Shown here in pieces: positions 7,770-17,780 of a DNA stretch of 27,544 nucleotides. Source of the stretch: an uncultured archaeon. GTDB lineage: Archaea; Asgardarchaeota; Lokiarchaeia; Sigyniarchaeales; SOKP01. Below the pieces are notes generated by a model. The model ran no database searches, was not told the origin of the DNA, and was given only the letters and a program-made list of their open reading frames with translations. The position numbers and the translations under genes are program-made. The DNA lies in NCBI GenBank assembly GCA_964388035.1, contig CAYLZE010000026.1, positions 3,684-31,227 of the forward strand, in the 5' to 3' direction. Every line of letters starts with the position of its first letter. Position 1 is the stretch's first letter.

Positions 7770-9299
7770 CTAAGCGATAAGACCCATGAAAAAAGTAAAA
7801 GAACCGAGGAATGTAATGATAAAAAATAAGTTGGGAATAATGAGAAGGAAAATTTTTTTTTGATAATTAACAATCTTCAAGAAATAATATGATGTTATAA
7901 TATTGGAAGCACATAAAGAAGACGCAATGATAATAATATTATAGATATTTATTGGGTTCCAGATATAATTTTGAGAGGTATTTAACATTAAATTAAAATT
8001 GCTATTAAGAAGAGAAAAAAAGGGAAGTAAACCACTAATAACCCCGACAATAATTGGGAGGAGGAAAAGAAAAAGAAACACTTTAAAACTTTCACCTTGG
8101 AAAGTCAACTCAATTTTTCTTGAGAGTTTTTTCTGATCTTTTAGAACATTAAGTATTTCCAAGATTCTATAAGAGGAATAGTATGAATTTTCATGGATCA
8201 TATTTTTGATAATGTATATGATAAATGTATAATGATTAGATTTTAATGTGAAATTAATTTCATTTAATACTTCGATAAAGGAAAAATTCCGACAAATCAA
8301 AGATTGAAGTGATGGTTCAATGATTTGCTTTAAAGTTGTGAAAGTGGTTTTATTTTCCGAATATGTCTCTAAGAAAGCCTTTTCGGGTGATATATTGCTT
8401 TTTAATTTGAATGCAAAAATGCCGAAAAAATTAAGAAACTCTTCATAAAGTTTCTTGTTAGAACTGGATCGATTAATGAAAAATCCTATTATTGGTATTT
8501 TAAATCTAATAAAGTGATTAAAAAGATATTTCAATAAAAATAAGAAGAGAATGACTAAGGTAATTGTAAATATTGTATTGATATTCATAAAAATTATTAA
8601 AAAAGCAATAGAAATGGGATAAAAAAAACCTATGAAGAAAACTAAGCTAATTTTGGATTCTATTTCTTTAATATAGAGATTAATTTTTTCATCGATTGTA
8701 TTTTCAGAAAATTCATTATTTTCAATTTTATAATTGAATTTATTTCCTATAAGTTCCCTCATAAAATTATTAAAATCCCGTGAAGGGGTCTTAAAATTGA
8801 AAAGCTCAGCCTCAGGTCGGGCACCTAAATGAACCTTTTCTAATATTTTTCTGAACTCATTTGATAATGGTGAATCCAGGTTTTTCATTAAATCTATAAA
8901 ATATAAACAATAATCTGCATTATTTTTAAGCGATCTTTTGACTAGGTTAAAATTGATTTTTATAAGAAATAATAATGAATCTATTTTGTTTTCAATCTGA
9001 CTTACTTTATTATAAAGATATAAATTAAATCGATATAGACAGATAATAGAGAGCATTAAAGAATAGAATATTATCATAATTAAATTTATAGATGTAAAGA
9101 CGCAAGATAGGAGAAAAGTAGTAGAAAAAGTGAGGAGAAATATTACAAAACTTGCTTTATTGACATCATTCTCAATTAAACCATATTCTCTTTTATAGAA
9201 TTCAAGATAACTGGGATTAAGATCCTTGATTTTTATCTCGGGAATTTTATAATTATGAAATAAATTGCAAAATTGCTTATATCTTGTTAGAACCTGCAT
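7770..9299 (-). CDS. type II/IV secretion platform membrane protein (T2SSF; TadB/TadC/FlaJ-like, two repeats)
   Basis: Several TM hairpins; T2SSF-like segments LSNEFRKILEKVHLGARPEAEL and FAFKLKSNISPEKAFLE; downstream of the secretion ATPase. Confidence 0.75.
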   Translation of the reverse strand: MQVLTRYKQFCNLFHNYKIPEIKIKDLNPSYLEFYKREYGLIENDVNKASFVIFLLTFSTTFLLSCVFTSINLIMIIFYSLMLSIICLYRFNLYLYNKVSQIENKIDSLLFLIKINFNLVKRSLKNNADYCLYFIDLMKNLDSPLSNEFRKILEKVHLGARPEAELFNFKTPSRDFNNFMRELIGNKFNYKIENNEFSENTIDEKINLYIKEIESKISLVFFIGFFYPISIAFLIIFMNINTIFTITLVILFLFLLKYLFNHFIRFKIPIIGFFINRSSSNKKLYEEFLNFFGIFAFKLKSNISPEKAFLETYSENKTTFTTLKQIIEPSLQSLICRNFSFIEVLNEINFTLKSNHYTFIIYIIKNMIHENSYYSSYRILEILNVLKDQKKLSRKIELTFQGESFKVFLFLFLLPIIVGVISGLLPFFSLLNSNFNLMLNTSQNYIWNPINIYNIIIIASSLCASNIITSYYFLKIVNYQKKIFLLIIPNLFFIITFLGSFTFFMGLIA

Positions 9300-9323
9300 T
9301 TTATTAGGTAAAACTAATTATTA

Positions 9324-9737
9324 TTAAAATATGTCAACCTCTATTAAATTATGGTCATAAAAGACCTTTAAGACATAATTTGAAGGAGATATATTAATAT
9401 ATTGCTTCTCTTTAAGTGATTCATTGAATTCCAGGATTTTTGTATGTAATTCCCCATCTAATAAAATTTCAAACTTTGCATATTTATCTCTGAAGATTAA
9501 AGTCATATTTTGAGGATATTGTATTCTTTTTGTATAAAATTCCTTTGGATTTTTAATAATGTGGTTAATTGCTATATTTATTTCATCAACAAAATTCATA
9601 TAATCTTCTAATTTCTCATTTTCATTGTTATTGTAATTGTTAATTTCTTTTAAGAGAGGAGCACTTGCTGTGAAAAATATCATTAAAGTTAACATTCCAA
9701 ATCCCATGATTAATGCTTTTTCAACTAAATTTGTCAT
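9324..9737 (-). CDS. pilin-like protein (minor pilin/TadE-like) lacking a leader peptide
   Basis: N-terminus M-TNLVEKALIMGFGMLTLMIFF (E at +5 after Met removal, then hydrophobic helix), amphipathic helix and beta-rich globular domain; lies between ATPase and platform genes. Confidence 0.62.
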   Translation of the reverse strand: MTNLVEKALIMGFGMLTLMIFFTASAPLLKEINNYNNNENEKLEDYMNFVDEINIAINHIIKNPKEFYTKRIQYPQNMTLIFRDKYAKFEILLDGELHTKILEFNESLKEKQYINISPSNYVLKVFYDHNLIEVDIF

Positions 9738-9882
9738 AGGGTATCAGATTATTAGGGATTTTGCAAAATATAAATCTAAATTATTTTTCAAATAGATATT
9801 AATATAATGATATTTAAAGTACAACTTTATTCATATTGTTCAATAATTTCGAAGAAATTTGATAAGTAATTCTATTTTTCCC

Positions 9883-12063
9883 TTACTTAATTAAAAGGTT
9901 TTTCATTCTTCTCCAATAATCTTCCAATTCATTATATTTAAATCTAGAATAATAGGAAAGACCATGAAATAAAGAAATCAAATCTTTATTGTTAATTCTA
10001 TTATACAGCTTAAGAGAATCAAAAACATCTAAATATAGGTCGATAATTTCTGTAAATTTTTTTTCCGGTAAATCTTCATACAGCCGCACTTTTTTTATAC
10101 AATTTGAATCATAAAGGGATTGAATATTTTGCCATGTTTCAGTATTTGGTTTATAAATAAATAGATCTTGATAAAAGCCATTTGTTCCATCTAAATCTTC
10201 TGAAATTTCAGATATTGAGATGATTTTTCTGTCATTATTGATTTTTTTCATAAGTAAAATTAAATCAAGATCTTTCAAACAGGAAGAATTTATATTAAAA
10301 TGATATATAAACCGATTTATCAGAGAATTGATGTCATTCGAATGAATTGTCTGAAATCCTCTTAAACCCGCGGATAAACAATGAAACATAGCTTCTGCTT
10401 CTTCTTTAGTCAAGATTTCCCCTAAATAAATAATATCTGGAGTTCGATGAAGTAATTTTTTGATTTGATTACTCTTAGTATATTTCATTTCTTGAAAATC
10501 TTCAATGGAATCCACTTTATATTTTAATTGATGTTTCTTAAATTGGTTTTGATCCAGAGATTCAATAACATTTTCGACATAAATTTTTCTAAATTCGTTA
10601 GGAACTAATAGATCGAGAGCGTTAATTAACGTTGTTTTACCTGTATCAGTTTCTCCAGTAACAGTAATATTTATTCTCCTAATTATAATAAAAAATAAAA
10701 AAGCCGAAATTAACGGACTTAGCGTATTATTTTTGAGTAAATCCTGGATAGTGAAAATGTTTTTATTTAATTTTCGAATATCAATTGAAAACTTATGAAC
10801 ATTTATTGGTTCAACATCAATAGCAAATCTTGAGTAAAAGTACTCATTCTTAATAACGTACTTGATAGATGGGTTATCATAATCAAGTCTACTCCCGCTA
10901 TATAACCTCAGTAAAGTCTTTAATCTCTCAATCTCAATCTCGGTTAGCTTAATGCTTGTCCTGCATCTTCCGCATTTTAAATGATTTAGATAAATACATT
11001 CATCAGGAGCATCTAAAAAAATTTCTTCAATATAATTATCGATTAAGAGAGGAAATAGTTTTTCTAGATTAATTTTTTTTATTGTTGAAAGAGTTGCAAT
11101 TTTATTTATCAGTGCATCTGACAAATTATATTTTATTTTTATGATATTTTTAATTTCTTTAAAGTATTTATTTATTAAATCCTCAATAGATAGGACCTTG
11201 CTGATTTCCAGCGGTTGAGTTTCTTCAATAATGGAACTAATAATTCTTAAATAATGTTGCTCAAGCACATTATTTATAAAAAAGGGAAATATTTCATAGT
11301 ATCCCTCGACTTCATCGGGAATTCTATAAATCTTGACTTGAAAGGTCTCAAATTGACCCAGATAATATTCTTCGATTAATTCAGAACTTTTATTATTTTC
11401 TGGACCATTAACTTCTTCAATATCTCTTTCTTGGAATACTATTTTTGGAAATAGAAATTTGATAAGAGTTTTTGGCTTATTAACATTTTCTGTTAGAAAA
11501 TCAGTATGTTTATAGCATTTCTTTATAATTTCAGAATCATTTATGATAATAAATAGTTCTCCAATGAGTTTATTAAATATTGATTCTAGGTTGTGGTTTT
11601 TTATGATGAAGAAATTTTCTTTAGTTAAATCTCTTAATTTTAATATATATTTATACACCAATAGTGGATTAAGGAACTTATATTCTTCCAGTTCCAGTAG
11701 GGACAAGACGAGATCAAACTTTTTTGAATATAATATATCTTTTTTATAGGATTTTTTTACTATATTTATTAACTCATTCCAGCTGTTTTTTATAACCTCA
11801 ATTTTATCGAAATATTCAAAAAGTGGATCAAGATATTCAAAATCTAAAATTATATCGCTAGATTGAATAATAATTTTTTTATATTTTACTTTCTTATTTA
11901 TATATAAGTTTTCTAAAAAGCAATACAAACATTTAGGATTTTGGAAAAGATTTTTATTCCATTCACCACATTTGATACATTCTAAAATTAAATTATTTTC
12001 AAATTTTCCTTCTAAAGTTTCGATTACATGTAGCCGCGTTTTATTTTGAAAGTCTGTTAGCAT
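9883..12063 (-). CDS. type IV pilus / type II-IV secretion ATPase (CpaF/TadA/VirB11/FlaI family)
   Basis: DNYIEEIFLD, SIDIRK, TIQDLLKNNTLS, Walker A GETDTGKTTLINAL, Asp box VENVIE, Walker B RTPDIIYLGEI, His box QTIHS; N-terminal CxxC...CxxC. Confidence 0.93.
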   Translation of the reverse strand: MLTDFQNKTRLHVIETLEGKFENNLILECIKCGEWNKNLFQNPKCLYCFLENLYINKKVKYKKIIIQSSDIILDFEYLDPLFEYFDKIEVIKNSWNELINIVKKSYKKDILYSKKFDLVLSLLELEEYKFLNPLLVYKYILKLRDLTKENFFIIKNHNLESIFNKLIGELFIIINDSEIIKKCYKHTDFLTENVNKPKTLIKFLFPKIVFQERDIEEVNGPENNKSSELIEEYYLGQFETFQVKIYRIPDEVEGYYEIFPFFINNVLEQHYLRIISSIIEETQPLEISKVLSIEDLINKYFKEIKNIIKIKYNLSDALINKIATLSTIKKINLEKLFPLLIDNYIEEIFLDAPDECIYLNHLKCGRCRTSIKLTEIEIERLKTLLRLYSGSRLDYDNPSIKYVIKNEYFYSRFAIDVEPINVHKFSIDIRKLNKNIFTIQDLLKNNTLSPLISAFLFFIIIRRINITVTGETDTGKTTLINALDLLVPNEFRKIYVENVIESLDQNQFKKHQLKYKVDSIEDFQEMKYTKSNQIKKLLHRTPDIIYLGEILTKEEAEAMFHCLSAGLRGFQTIHSNDINSLINRFIYHFNINSSCLKDLDLILLMKKINNDRKIISISEISEDLDGTNGFYQDLFIYKPNTETWQNIQSLYDSNCIKKVRLYEDLPEKKFTEIIDLYLDVFDSLKLYNRINNKDLISLFHGLSYYSRFKYNELEDYWRRMKNLLIK

Positions 12064-12215
12064 TAATTTTAATTTGAAAATATTAATTTAAACATCCATC
12101 TTATCACACAATTTTCTATCAGATATTTTTTATTGCGATTTATTGATATCTATTAAAATAATGAAAAAATTTTTTTATTTTAAAGTATTAAATTTTCAAA
12201 ATAGATGTGAATAAA

Positions 12216-13235
12216 ATGGGTCATCGCAAACGGCATGCGCCTAGACGTGGATCATTAGCATATCTCCCACGAAAACGAGCAATAGCCATTAAAGGTCGTA
12301 TAAGGAATTGGTATGATAATTTAAACGAGATTAGTTTACTCGGATTTGCTGGATTCAAAGTAGGTATGACACATATTTCATATATTGAGGATCAGCAAAG
12401 CAGTCCTTATTTTGGAAAAGAATTGATGAAACCCGTAACCATTATAGAAGTTCCACCTCTTCTAATGATCGGGATTAGAATTTATGCAAAAGATGAATAT
12501 GGAAAATATATATTAGGTGAACTCTGGTCTTCTGAATTTGATGATAATTTAAGAAGAAAAATATCTTTACCAAAACTTGAGGAAGATGAATTCGATAAGG
12601 TAAAAAAAGATTTAAACATTAAATTGAAGAATAGTTGTGAAATTAGAGGAATATTTCAGACCCAACCTTCAAAAACTTCCTTATCTAGAAAAAAGCCCGA
12701 TATAATTGAGATTAAAATTAACTCAATTAATAATACAGAACAAGAATTTCAATATGCTTTAAAAAACCTTGGAAAAGAAATCAGAGCAAGGGATGTATTA
12801 TTAGAAGGTAGTTTAATAGATGTTATCGCAGTGACTAAAGGAAAAGGATATCAAGGACCTGTAAAAAGATTTGGTGTTCGAAAATTAACACGAAAAAATA
12901 GAAAACTCCAGAGGGGTGTTGCATGTATTGGTCCTTGGCATCCTGCACGAGTGTTATATACTGTTCCGAGACCAGGTCAGTTAGGATTTCATCAAAGAAC
13001 AGAATATAATAAGAGAATCATGTTGATTGGGGAAAATGAAGAAGAGATAAATTCTAAAGGTGGTTTTATTAATTATGGAAAAGTAAAAGGAGATTATCTT
13101 TTAATATTAGGTTCTATTCCGGGTCCACGAAAACGTTTGATAAGAATCAGAAAATCTCTTAGACCCATCAGAAATTTCGAGATAAAGTCACCCGAAATTA
13201 CTTTTATTAGCAGAGAGAGCCAACAACAAAAATAA
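12216..13235 (+). CDS. rpl3: 50S ribosomal protein L3 (uL3)
   Basis: MGHRKRHAPRRGSLAYLPRKRA, GFKVGMTH, TKGKGYQGPVKRFG, GQLGFHQRTEYNK. ATG 12216 (or GTG 12207). Confidence 0.98.
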   Translation: MGHRKRHAPRRGSLAYLPRKRAIAIKGRIRNWYDNLNEISLLGFAGFKVGMTHISYIEDQQSSPYFGKELMKPVTIIEVPPLLMIGIRIYAKDEYGKYILGELWSSEFDDNLRRKISLPKLEEDEFDKVKKDLNIKLKNSCEIRGIFQTQPSKTSLSRKKPDIIEIKINSINNTEQEFQYALKNLGKEIRARDVLLEGSLIDVIAVTKGKGYQGPVKRFGVRKLTRKNRKLQRGVACIGPWHPARVLYTVPRPGQLGFHQRTEYNKRIMLIGENEEEINSKGGFINYGKVKGDYLLILGSIPGPRKRLIRIRKSLRPIRNFEIKSPEITFISRESQQQK

Positions 13236-13247
13236 AGAGGAAAATTT

Positions 13248-14036
13248 ATGGAAAAAGTAAATGTATATAACATGGAAGGAAAAGTAATTGAAACTATCGA
13301 TAGACCAAATATATTTCTTGTTCCGCCTAGAATTGATCTCGTACAAAAAGCAAATGAAATTGGTCAAAGTAAAAAAAAACAAGCTAAAGGAAGGAATCAA
13401 CGTGCGGGCTTAAGAAATACGGCTGAAGGATGGGGAACAGGTCATGGCATGTCAAGAGCCCCAAGAATTAAGGGTTCTGGATTTTCAACAGCAAGAAATG
13501 TAGGACGCGTTCCCTTCGCTAAAGGAGGTAGGACAACACATCCAGTAAAAGTTGATAAAAAAATTCATAAAAAAATCAATAAAACCACAAAGAAATTATC
13601 TCTTATCTCGGGAATATCAGCAACAGCCGATAAAGATTTTGTTATTGCAAGAGGGCATTTAATAGCAAATGTTCCTGAAATCCCATTAGTTGTTGACGAT
13701 AAGATTCAAACAATTAAAAAGACGAATATGATTTTTAAAATATTATGCGATCTAGGATTAAAAGATGAATTGTATAAAGTGAAAAAGTCAAAAAGGATCA
13801 AGAAGGGTAAAGCTAAAAGAAGGGGACGAAAGTATAAGCAAAGGCGAAGCATTTTGATGATTATTAATGAAGATTTTGGGATTGTAAAAGCTGCAAGCAA
13901 TATTCCTGGAGTAGATGTCCGATATATTGATAATATAAGTGTTGATGATTTAGCTCCCGGAGGACAATTAGGAAGATTAATAATTTGGACTCAATCAGCA
14001 TTCAAACTATTAAATAATTACCAGAGGATAATATAA
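13248..14036 (+). CDS. rpl4: 50S ribosomal protein L4 (uL4)
   Basis: AEGWGTGHGMSRAPR, GGR..HP, NIPGVDV, LAPGGQLGRLIIWT. Confidence 0.98.
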   Translation: MEKVNVYNMEGKVIETIDRPNIFLVPPRIDLVQKANEIGQSKKKQAKGRNQRAGLRNTAEGWGTGHGMSRAPRIKGSGFSTARNVGRVPFAKGGRTTHPVKVDKKIHKKINKTTKKLSLISGISATADKDFVIARGHLIANVPEIPLVVDDKIQTIKKTNMIFKILCDLGLKDELYKVKKSKRIKKGKAKRRGRKYKQRRSILMIINEDFGIVKAASNIPGVDVRYIDNISVDDLAPGGQLGRLIIWTQSAFKLLNNYQRII

Positions 14037-14038
14037 TC

Positions 14039-14302
14039 ATGGAAAATTATTATAAAATTATTAAAAAACCTTTAATTACAGAAAAGACTTTCGATTTAAT
14101 TGAGAATGAAAATAAATTAGTTTTTTTCGTTAATAAAAGGGCTAATAAAAGTCAAATTAAAAAAGCTTTTGAAAAAATTCATGATGTTAAAGTATTAAAA
14201 GTGAACACTTTGATTACACCCAAGGGAGAGAAAAAAGCATTTATCAAATTAAGATCTGAGAATTCCGCTCAAGACATTGCAATAGATTTAGGCATATTTT
14301 AA
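14039..14302 (+). CDS. rpl23: 50S ribosomal protein L23 (uL23)
   Basis: PLITEKT...ENENKLVF.V...ANKSQIK...VKV.KVNTLITPKGEKKAFIKL...A.DIA..LGIF. Confidence 0.98.
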   Translation: MENYYKIIKKPLITEKTFDLIENENKLVFFVNKRANKSQIKKAFEKIHDVKVLKVNTLITPKGEKKAFIKLRSENSAQDIAIDLGIF

Positions 14303-14312
14303 TATTTTTAAT

Positions 14313-15440
14313 TTAAATTGTACATTCAACTATCGGTTGTTTTAGATTCTTATGAAGAAAATCATCCAAATGAATGAATGTGAAATTCTTCGACACATTG
14401 ACATTTATATATTTTTTCATTTTTATATATTGTTCTTTTTTAATAATAATAATATAGACTAAATATTTTGATGCAAATTTCTTCAATAGTTTTATCAAAA
14501 CATCAGAATTAATGCTTAGCACGAATACGATATATTTTTTTTCTATTAAAAAAAAATCTTTATTAATTTGAATATAATTAACGTGATCTTCTTTAAATTT
14601 TCTTTCTAAACTATCAAATACCTTCTGATAATTCTCGGGTAATTTTTGAGGGATGAAAAATATTTTTATTTTTTTATAATAAAACCAATTCTCGCTAACA
14701 TTTAACCTCCAGAATATTCTAAAGAAATCTTTGAAATTTAATTCAATTTTTTTTATTAGAGTAATTCCATAAAATTCATTTAACTCTTTTTGAATATTAA
14801 TAACAGAATCATCATTTGAATTAATATCAATTAAATAAAACGTTGTTTGAATAATATTCGTAAAATCTTTTTTAAATGTGAAGATAAGAAAGCCCTTTCT
14901 ATTTAGATTTCTAAGAATTTTCAAAAAATGTGTTAGAAAAAATTGTTTTTTAATAATTACATCTAAATTTAAATCATAACAATTAATTTTAAAATTCTTT
15001 TCTCCATTTTTTAATACTAAAATATTATTACTTTTTATGAGATTATTATACATCTCTTTCTTTTTAGTGATTATCTTAAAATATTCTTCTTCTAAAATGT
15101 TTTTTTCATAAAATACTGCTGAATTAAATGATTTAGTTATTTCTTTAAAAATTTGAGAAAATTTAATGATAATTTCTTTTTCTATTGATTCTTCAAAATT
15201 TAAAATGATAGTATATTTACAAGAATCAAGTATGGCCATTTGTATGGAGTAATATTTAATTAGTTCTTTAGAAAGATATGAGTTCAAGCACTCAATTGCA
15301 TTGTAGAGATCATCTAAAAAGAAAATCGAGATTCCTACGAATTTTTTAGTTCTATTTAGGCTTTTATAAATAATTAAATAATCTTTAATATCAAAAGAGA
15401 ATAAATTATATTTTCCTTTTCGTATTAATTTATTTTTCAT
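14313..15440 (-). CDS. hypothetical protein (375 aa)
   Basis: Long uninterrupted ORF 29 nt downstream of the signal peptidase gene; no motif recognised. Confidence 0.7.
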   Translation of the reverse strand: MKNKLIRKGKYNLFSFDIKDYLIIYKSLNRTKKFVGISIFFLDDLYNAIECLNSYLSKELIKYYSIQMAILDSCKYTIILNFEESIEKEIIIKFSQIFKEITKSFNSAVFYEKNILEEEYFKIITKKKEMYNNLIKSNNILVLKNGEKNFKINCYDLNLDVIIKKQFFLTHFLKILRNLNRKGFLIFTFKKDFTNIIQTTFYLIDINSNDDSVINIQKELNEFYGITLIKKIELNFKDFFRIFWRLNVSENWFYYKKIKIFFIPQKLPENYQKVFDSLERKFKEDHVNYIQINKDFFLIEKKYIVFVLSINSDVLIKLLKKFASKYLVYIIIIKKEQYIKMKKYINVNVSKNFTFIHLDDFLHKNLKQPIVECTI

Positions 15441-15469
15441 ATTTATAAGTTTTACTTCAAAATAATAAT

Positions 15470-16105
15470 TTAATTGTTAATATCTCTATAATTTCTACGT
15501 TTCCTAATCGTCAATTCGATCCGTTTGATGATTTTAGTCAAAGTTATAAAACCTATTATCGAAACTACCATCCAAATTATGAATGGAAAGTAAATTCCTA
15601 AGAATCCAATATAAGGAATTGTTACCTTAACAATACCTAAGATTTCCGTTTCAGGTATATATACTGCCTTTAATAAATCACATTCGACCAAATAATAATT
15701 GTCTTTTTTGACTAAAAACCTCATGGCACCATCAGGAATTAAATTATTATCCCCTTTCGTTAAAAAATACCATGTATCTTCAATCTTTTTTTTATCAATA
15801 GCTCGATGAATAATAGGTGTATTATTAGCTAAATACCCGAAAAAAAAAGGATCTATTCCATTTCTATAATAATACTCGGGTCCCTTAATAATTAGAATAT
15901 CTCCATCCGATACACTGGCTTTTATATCCTCGGGTGATTTAATCCCCTTAATAACTAAATCTCCTCGATTTAATGTAGGCTTCATGGATTCACTAGTAAT
16001 TAAATATAATGAATCTTTAAACAATACCGTGGACAAAAATATTTGAATTACTATACAAATTATTATTATAAAGAAAAATTTTTTTTTCGTTTTTTCCGAT
16101 TTCAT
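15470..16105 (-). CDS. signal peptidase I (S26, archaeal Sec11-type)
   Basis: N-terminal TM, SESMKPTLNRGDL (catalytic Ser), PIIHR (His), TKGDNN..PD, IPYIG plus C-terminal TM. Confidence 0.93.
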   Translation of the reverse strand: MKSEKTKKKFFFIIIICIVIQIFLSTVLFKDSLYLITSESMKPTLNRGDLVIKGIKSPEDIKASVSDGDILIIKGPEYYYRNGIDPFFFGYLANNTPIIHRAIDKKKIEDTWYFLTKGDNNLIPDGAMRFLVKKDNYYLVECDLLKAVYIPETEILGIVKVTIPYIGFLGIYFPFIIWMVVSIIGFITLTKIIKRIELTIRKRRNYRDINN

Positions 16106-16272
16106 TATTTCAATTATGAATAAAATTATAAAAATAACGATAAATCATGAGCAATTTGAAAAATAGAGATTTTTATCTGTGAATGCAAGGATGCATAAAT
16201 AATGATTATTTAAATGTACTCAATAATTATAAATGTGTAATTAATACAGTATTATCATATTAGGATTTTATT

Positions 16273-17550
16273 TTGTTAAATACTATAATTAACTTTTTTA
16301 AATCTAAAGAACCAAATATACTGATTCAAGCCCCTGCAAGAATTAATTTAATTAACCCTTTAGATGCAGTTGAAGGGGATTTTTGGATGCCTTCTGTAGC
16401 GATTAATGGAATTGAAAATCCTCTATCGGTTTTCTTATATTTAAAAAAAATTGAAAATGAAAGCCGCATTAACATTTTTGCATTAGAACCAAAAGCGGGA
16501 ACTTATGAAATACGATCTATACTTGAAGACACCTTAAAAAAAGATATTTTTGAATTCAGAAAGAAATTTTTTGGAGATTTTAAATTAATATATGCTAGCA
16601 TCTATAGGTTTTATAAGACCTGCTCAAAATTTTGGGATAAGTTCAAAACTGAAAATTTCGAATTAGGACTATTAACTACGGTACCTTTCGGCAGTGGGTT
16701 GGGAGGAAGTGCTGCTATTATAGTAGCAACTCTTTTTGCTTTTGCTAAATACTTTAATTTATATAATAATTTTTCTTGCCTCACTGATAACGAATATCCG
16801 ATTAATAAGGACATTATTGCTGAAATGGCTACTAAGGCTGAAGATGAAGATCTAAAGATTACTGCAGGATATGGCGACCGTTACGTTATCTGCAGAGGGG
16901 GGTTGGCTTTTTGTTCATATTATGGAAAATTGAATCATAAAGAATTATCTTTCGAACCATTAGCTATATACGATCGGATGGATGAAACGTACGGTATTAA
17001 GGAATTACCTATCATTATATGCTTTTCAGGCATACAACACAATAGTGGAAATGTACACGATAAATTACGGAAGTTATATTTACAAGAAGATGCTAAAATC
17101 CTTAAAGGTTATGAAAGATTAGCTGAAATATCATGGAAATCTCGATTTACAATAATGAGCCGCAATTGGAAAAAACTAGGAGGGTATTTAAAAGAAAATA
17201 CAAGAATCATGAATGATATCATGAATGATGCTGGTTTTAAATATGGCATAGGATTAGTCAATAATATTTTAATAACATTGATAGAAGATCATCCCAACGT
17301 TTATGCCGTTAAATTGACTGGGGCAGGAGGTGGGGGAAGTGTTTTTGCCCTAGTAGAACCCTCAAAAATCGATGAGGTTCTTAATGACTGGAAAAAACGT
17401 TTGGACGACATAATCTTGAACGAAAGTTCCTATAGAGCTTTATTCCCAAGTTATCCAACTCAAGTTAGAGAAGAATTAAAAAAAGCAAAATTTTATCAAA
17501 TCAAAATAAATGAAGGCGTTAAAGAGATAAATGTTAAAGAATTTAATTGA
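16273..17550 (+). CDS. GHMP family sugar kinase (glucuronokinase/HddA/fucokinase-like; substrate uncertain)
   Basis: APARINL, PFGSGLGGSAA, GYGD...GGL, KLTGAGGGG; TTG start. Confidence 0.88.
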   Translation: MLNTIINFFKSKEPNILIQAPARINLINPLDAVEGDFWMPSVAINGIENPLSVFLYLKKIENESRINIFALEPKAGTYEIRSILEDTLKKDIFEFRKKFFGDFKLIYASIYRFYKTCSKFWDKFKTENFELGLLTTVPFGSGLGGSAAIIVATLFAFAKYFNLYNNFSCLTDNEYPINKDIIAEMATKAEDEDLKITAGYGDRYVICRGGLAFCSYYGKLNHKELSFEPLAIYDRMDETYGIKELPIIICFSGIQHNSGNVHDKLRKLYLQEDAKILKGYERLAEISWKSRFTIMSRNWKKLGGYLKENTRIMNDIMNDAGFKYGIGLVNNILITLIEDHPNVYAVKLTGAGGGGSVFALVEPSKIDEVLNDWKKRLDDIILNESSYRALFPSYPTQVREELKKAKFYQIKINEGVKEINVKEFN

Positions 17551-17576
17551 AATAATAAATAAAATGGGAGAAAATA

Positions 17577-17771
17577 TTGAGTAAGTTTGACAGGCATAAA
17601 AAAGAAGAAGAACAATATATATATCCACATAAACATTGTGCAAAATGTGGAGATATGATCGAGGAGGCATACACATACTGCTCCAATTGTTATAAAGAAA
17701 TGGAAGAGAAGAAAGCAAAAAAGCCCAGATTCAAATGGTTTAAACGAATAAAGAAGGAAAGTAAGGAATAA
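17577..17771 (+). CDS. DUF2116-family Zn-ribbon protein
   Basis: PHKHCAKCGDMI....YCSNC followed by a basic tail. Confidence 0.7.
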   Translation: MSKFDRHKKEEEQYIYPHKHCAKCGDMIEEAYTYCSNCYKEMEEKKAKKPRFKWFKRIKKESKE

Positions 17772-17780
17772 TAGAGATTA

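Noticed and set aside
7770-12063. Archaellum (fla/arl) or conjugative T4SS locus
   Set aside because: No archaellin, FlaF/G/H, VirB4 or relaxase recognisable in the window.
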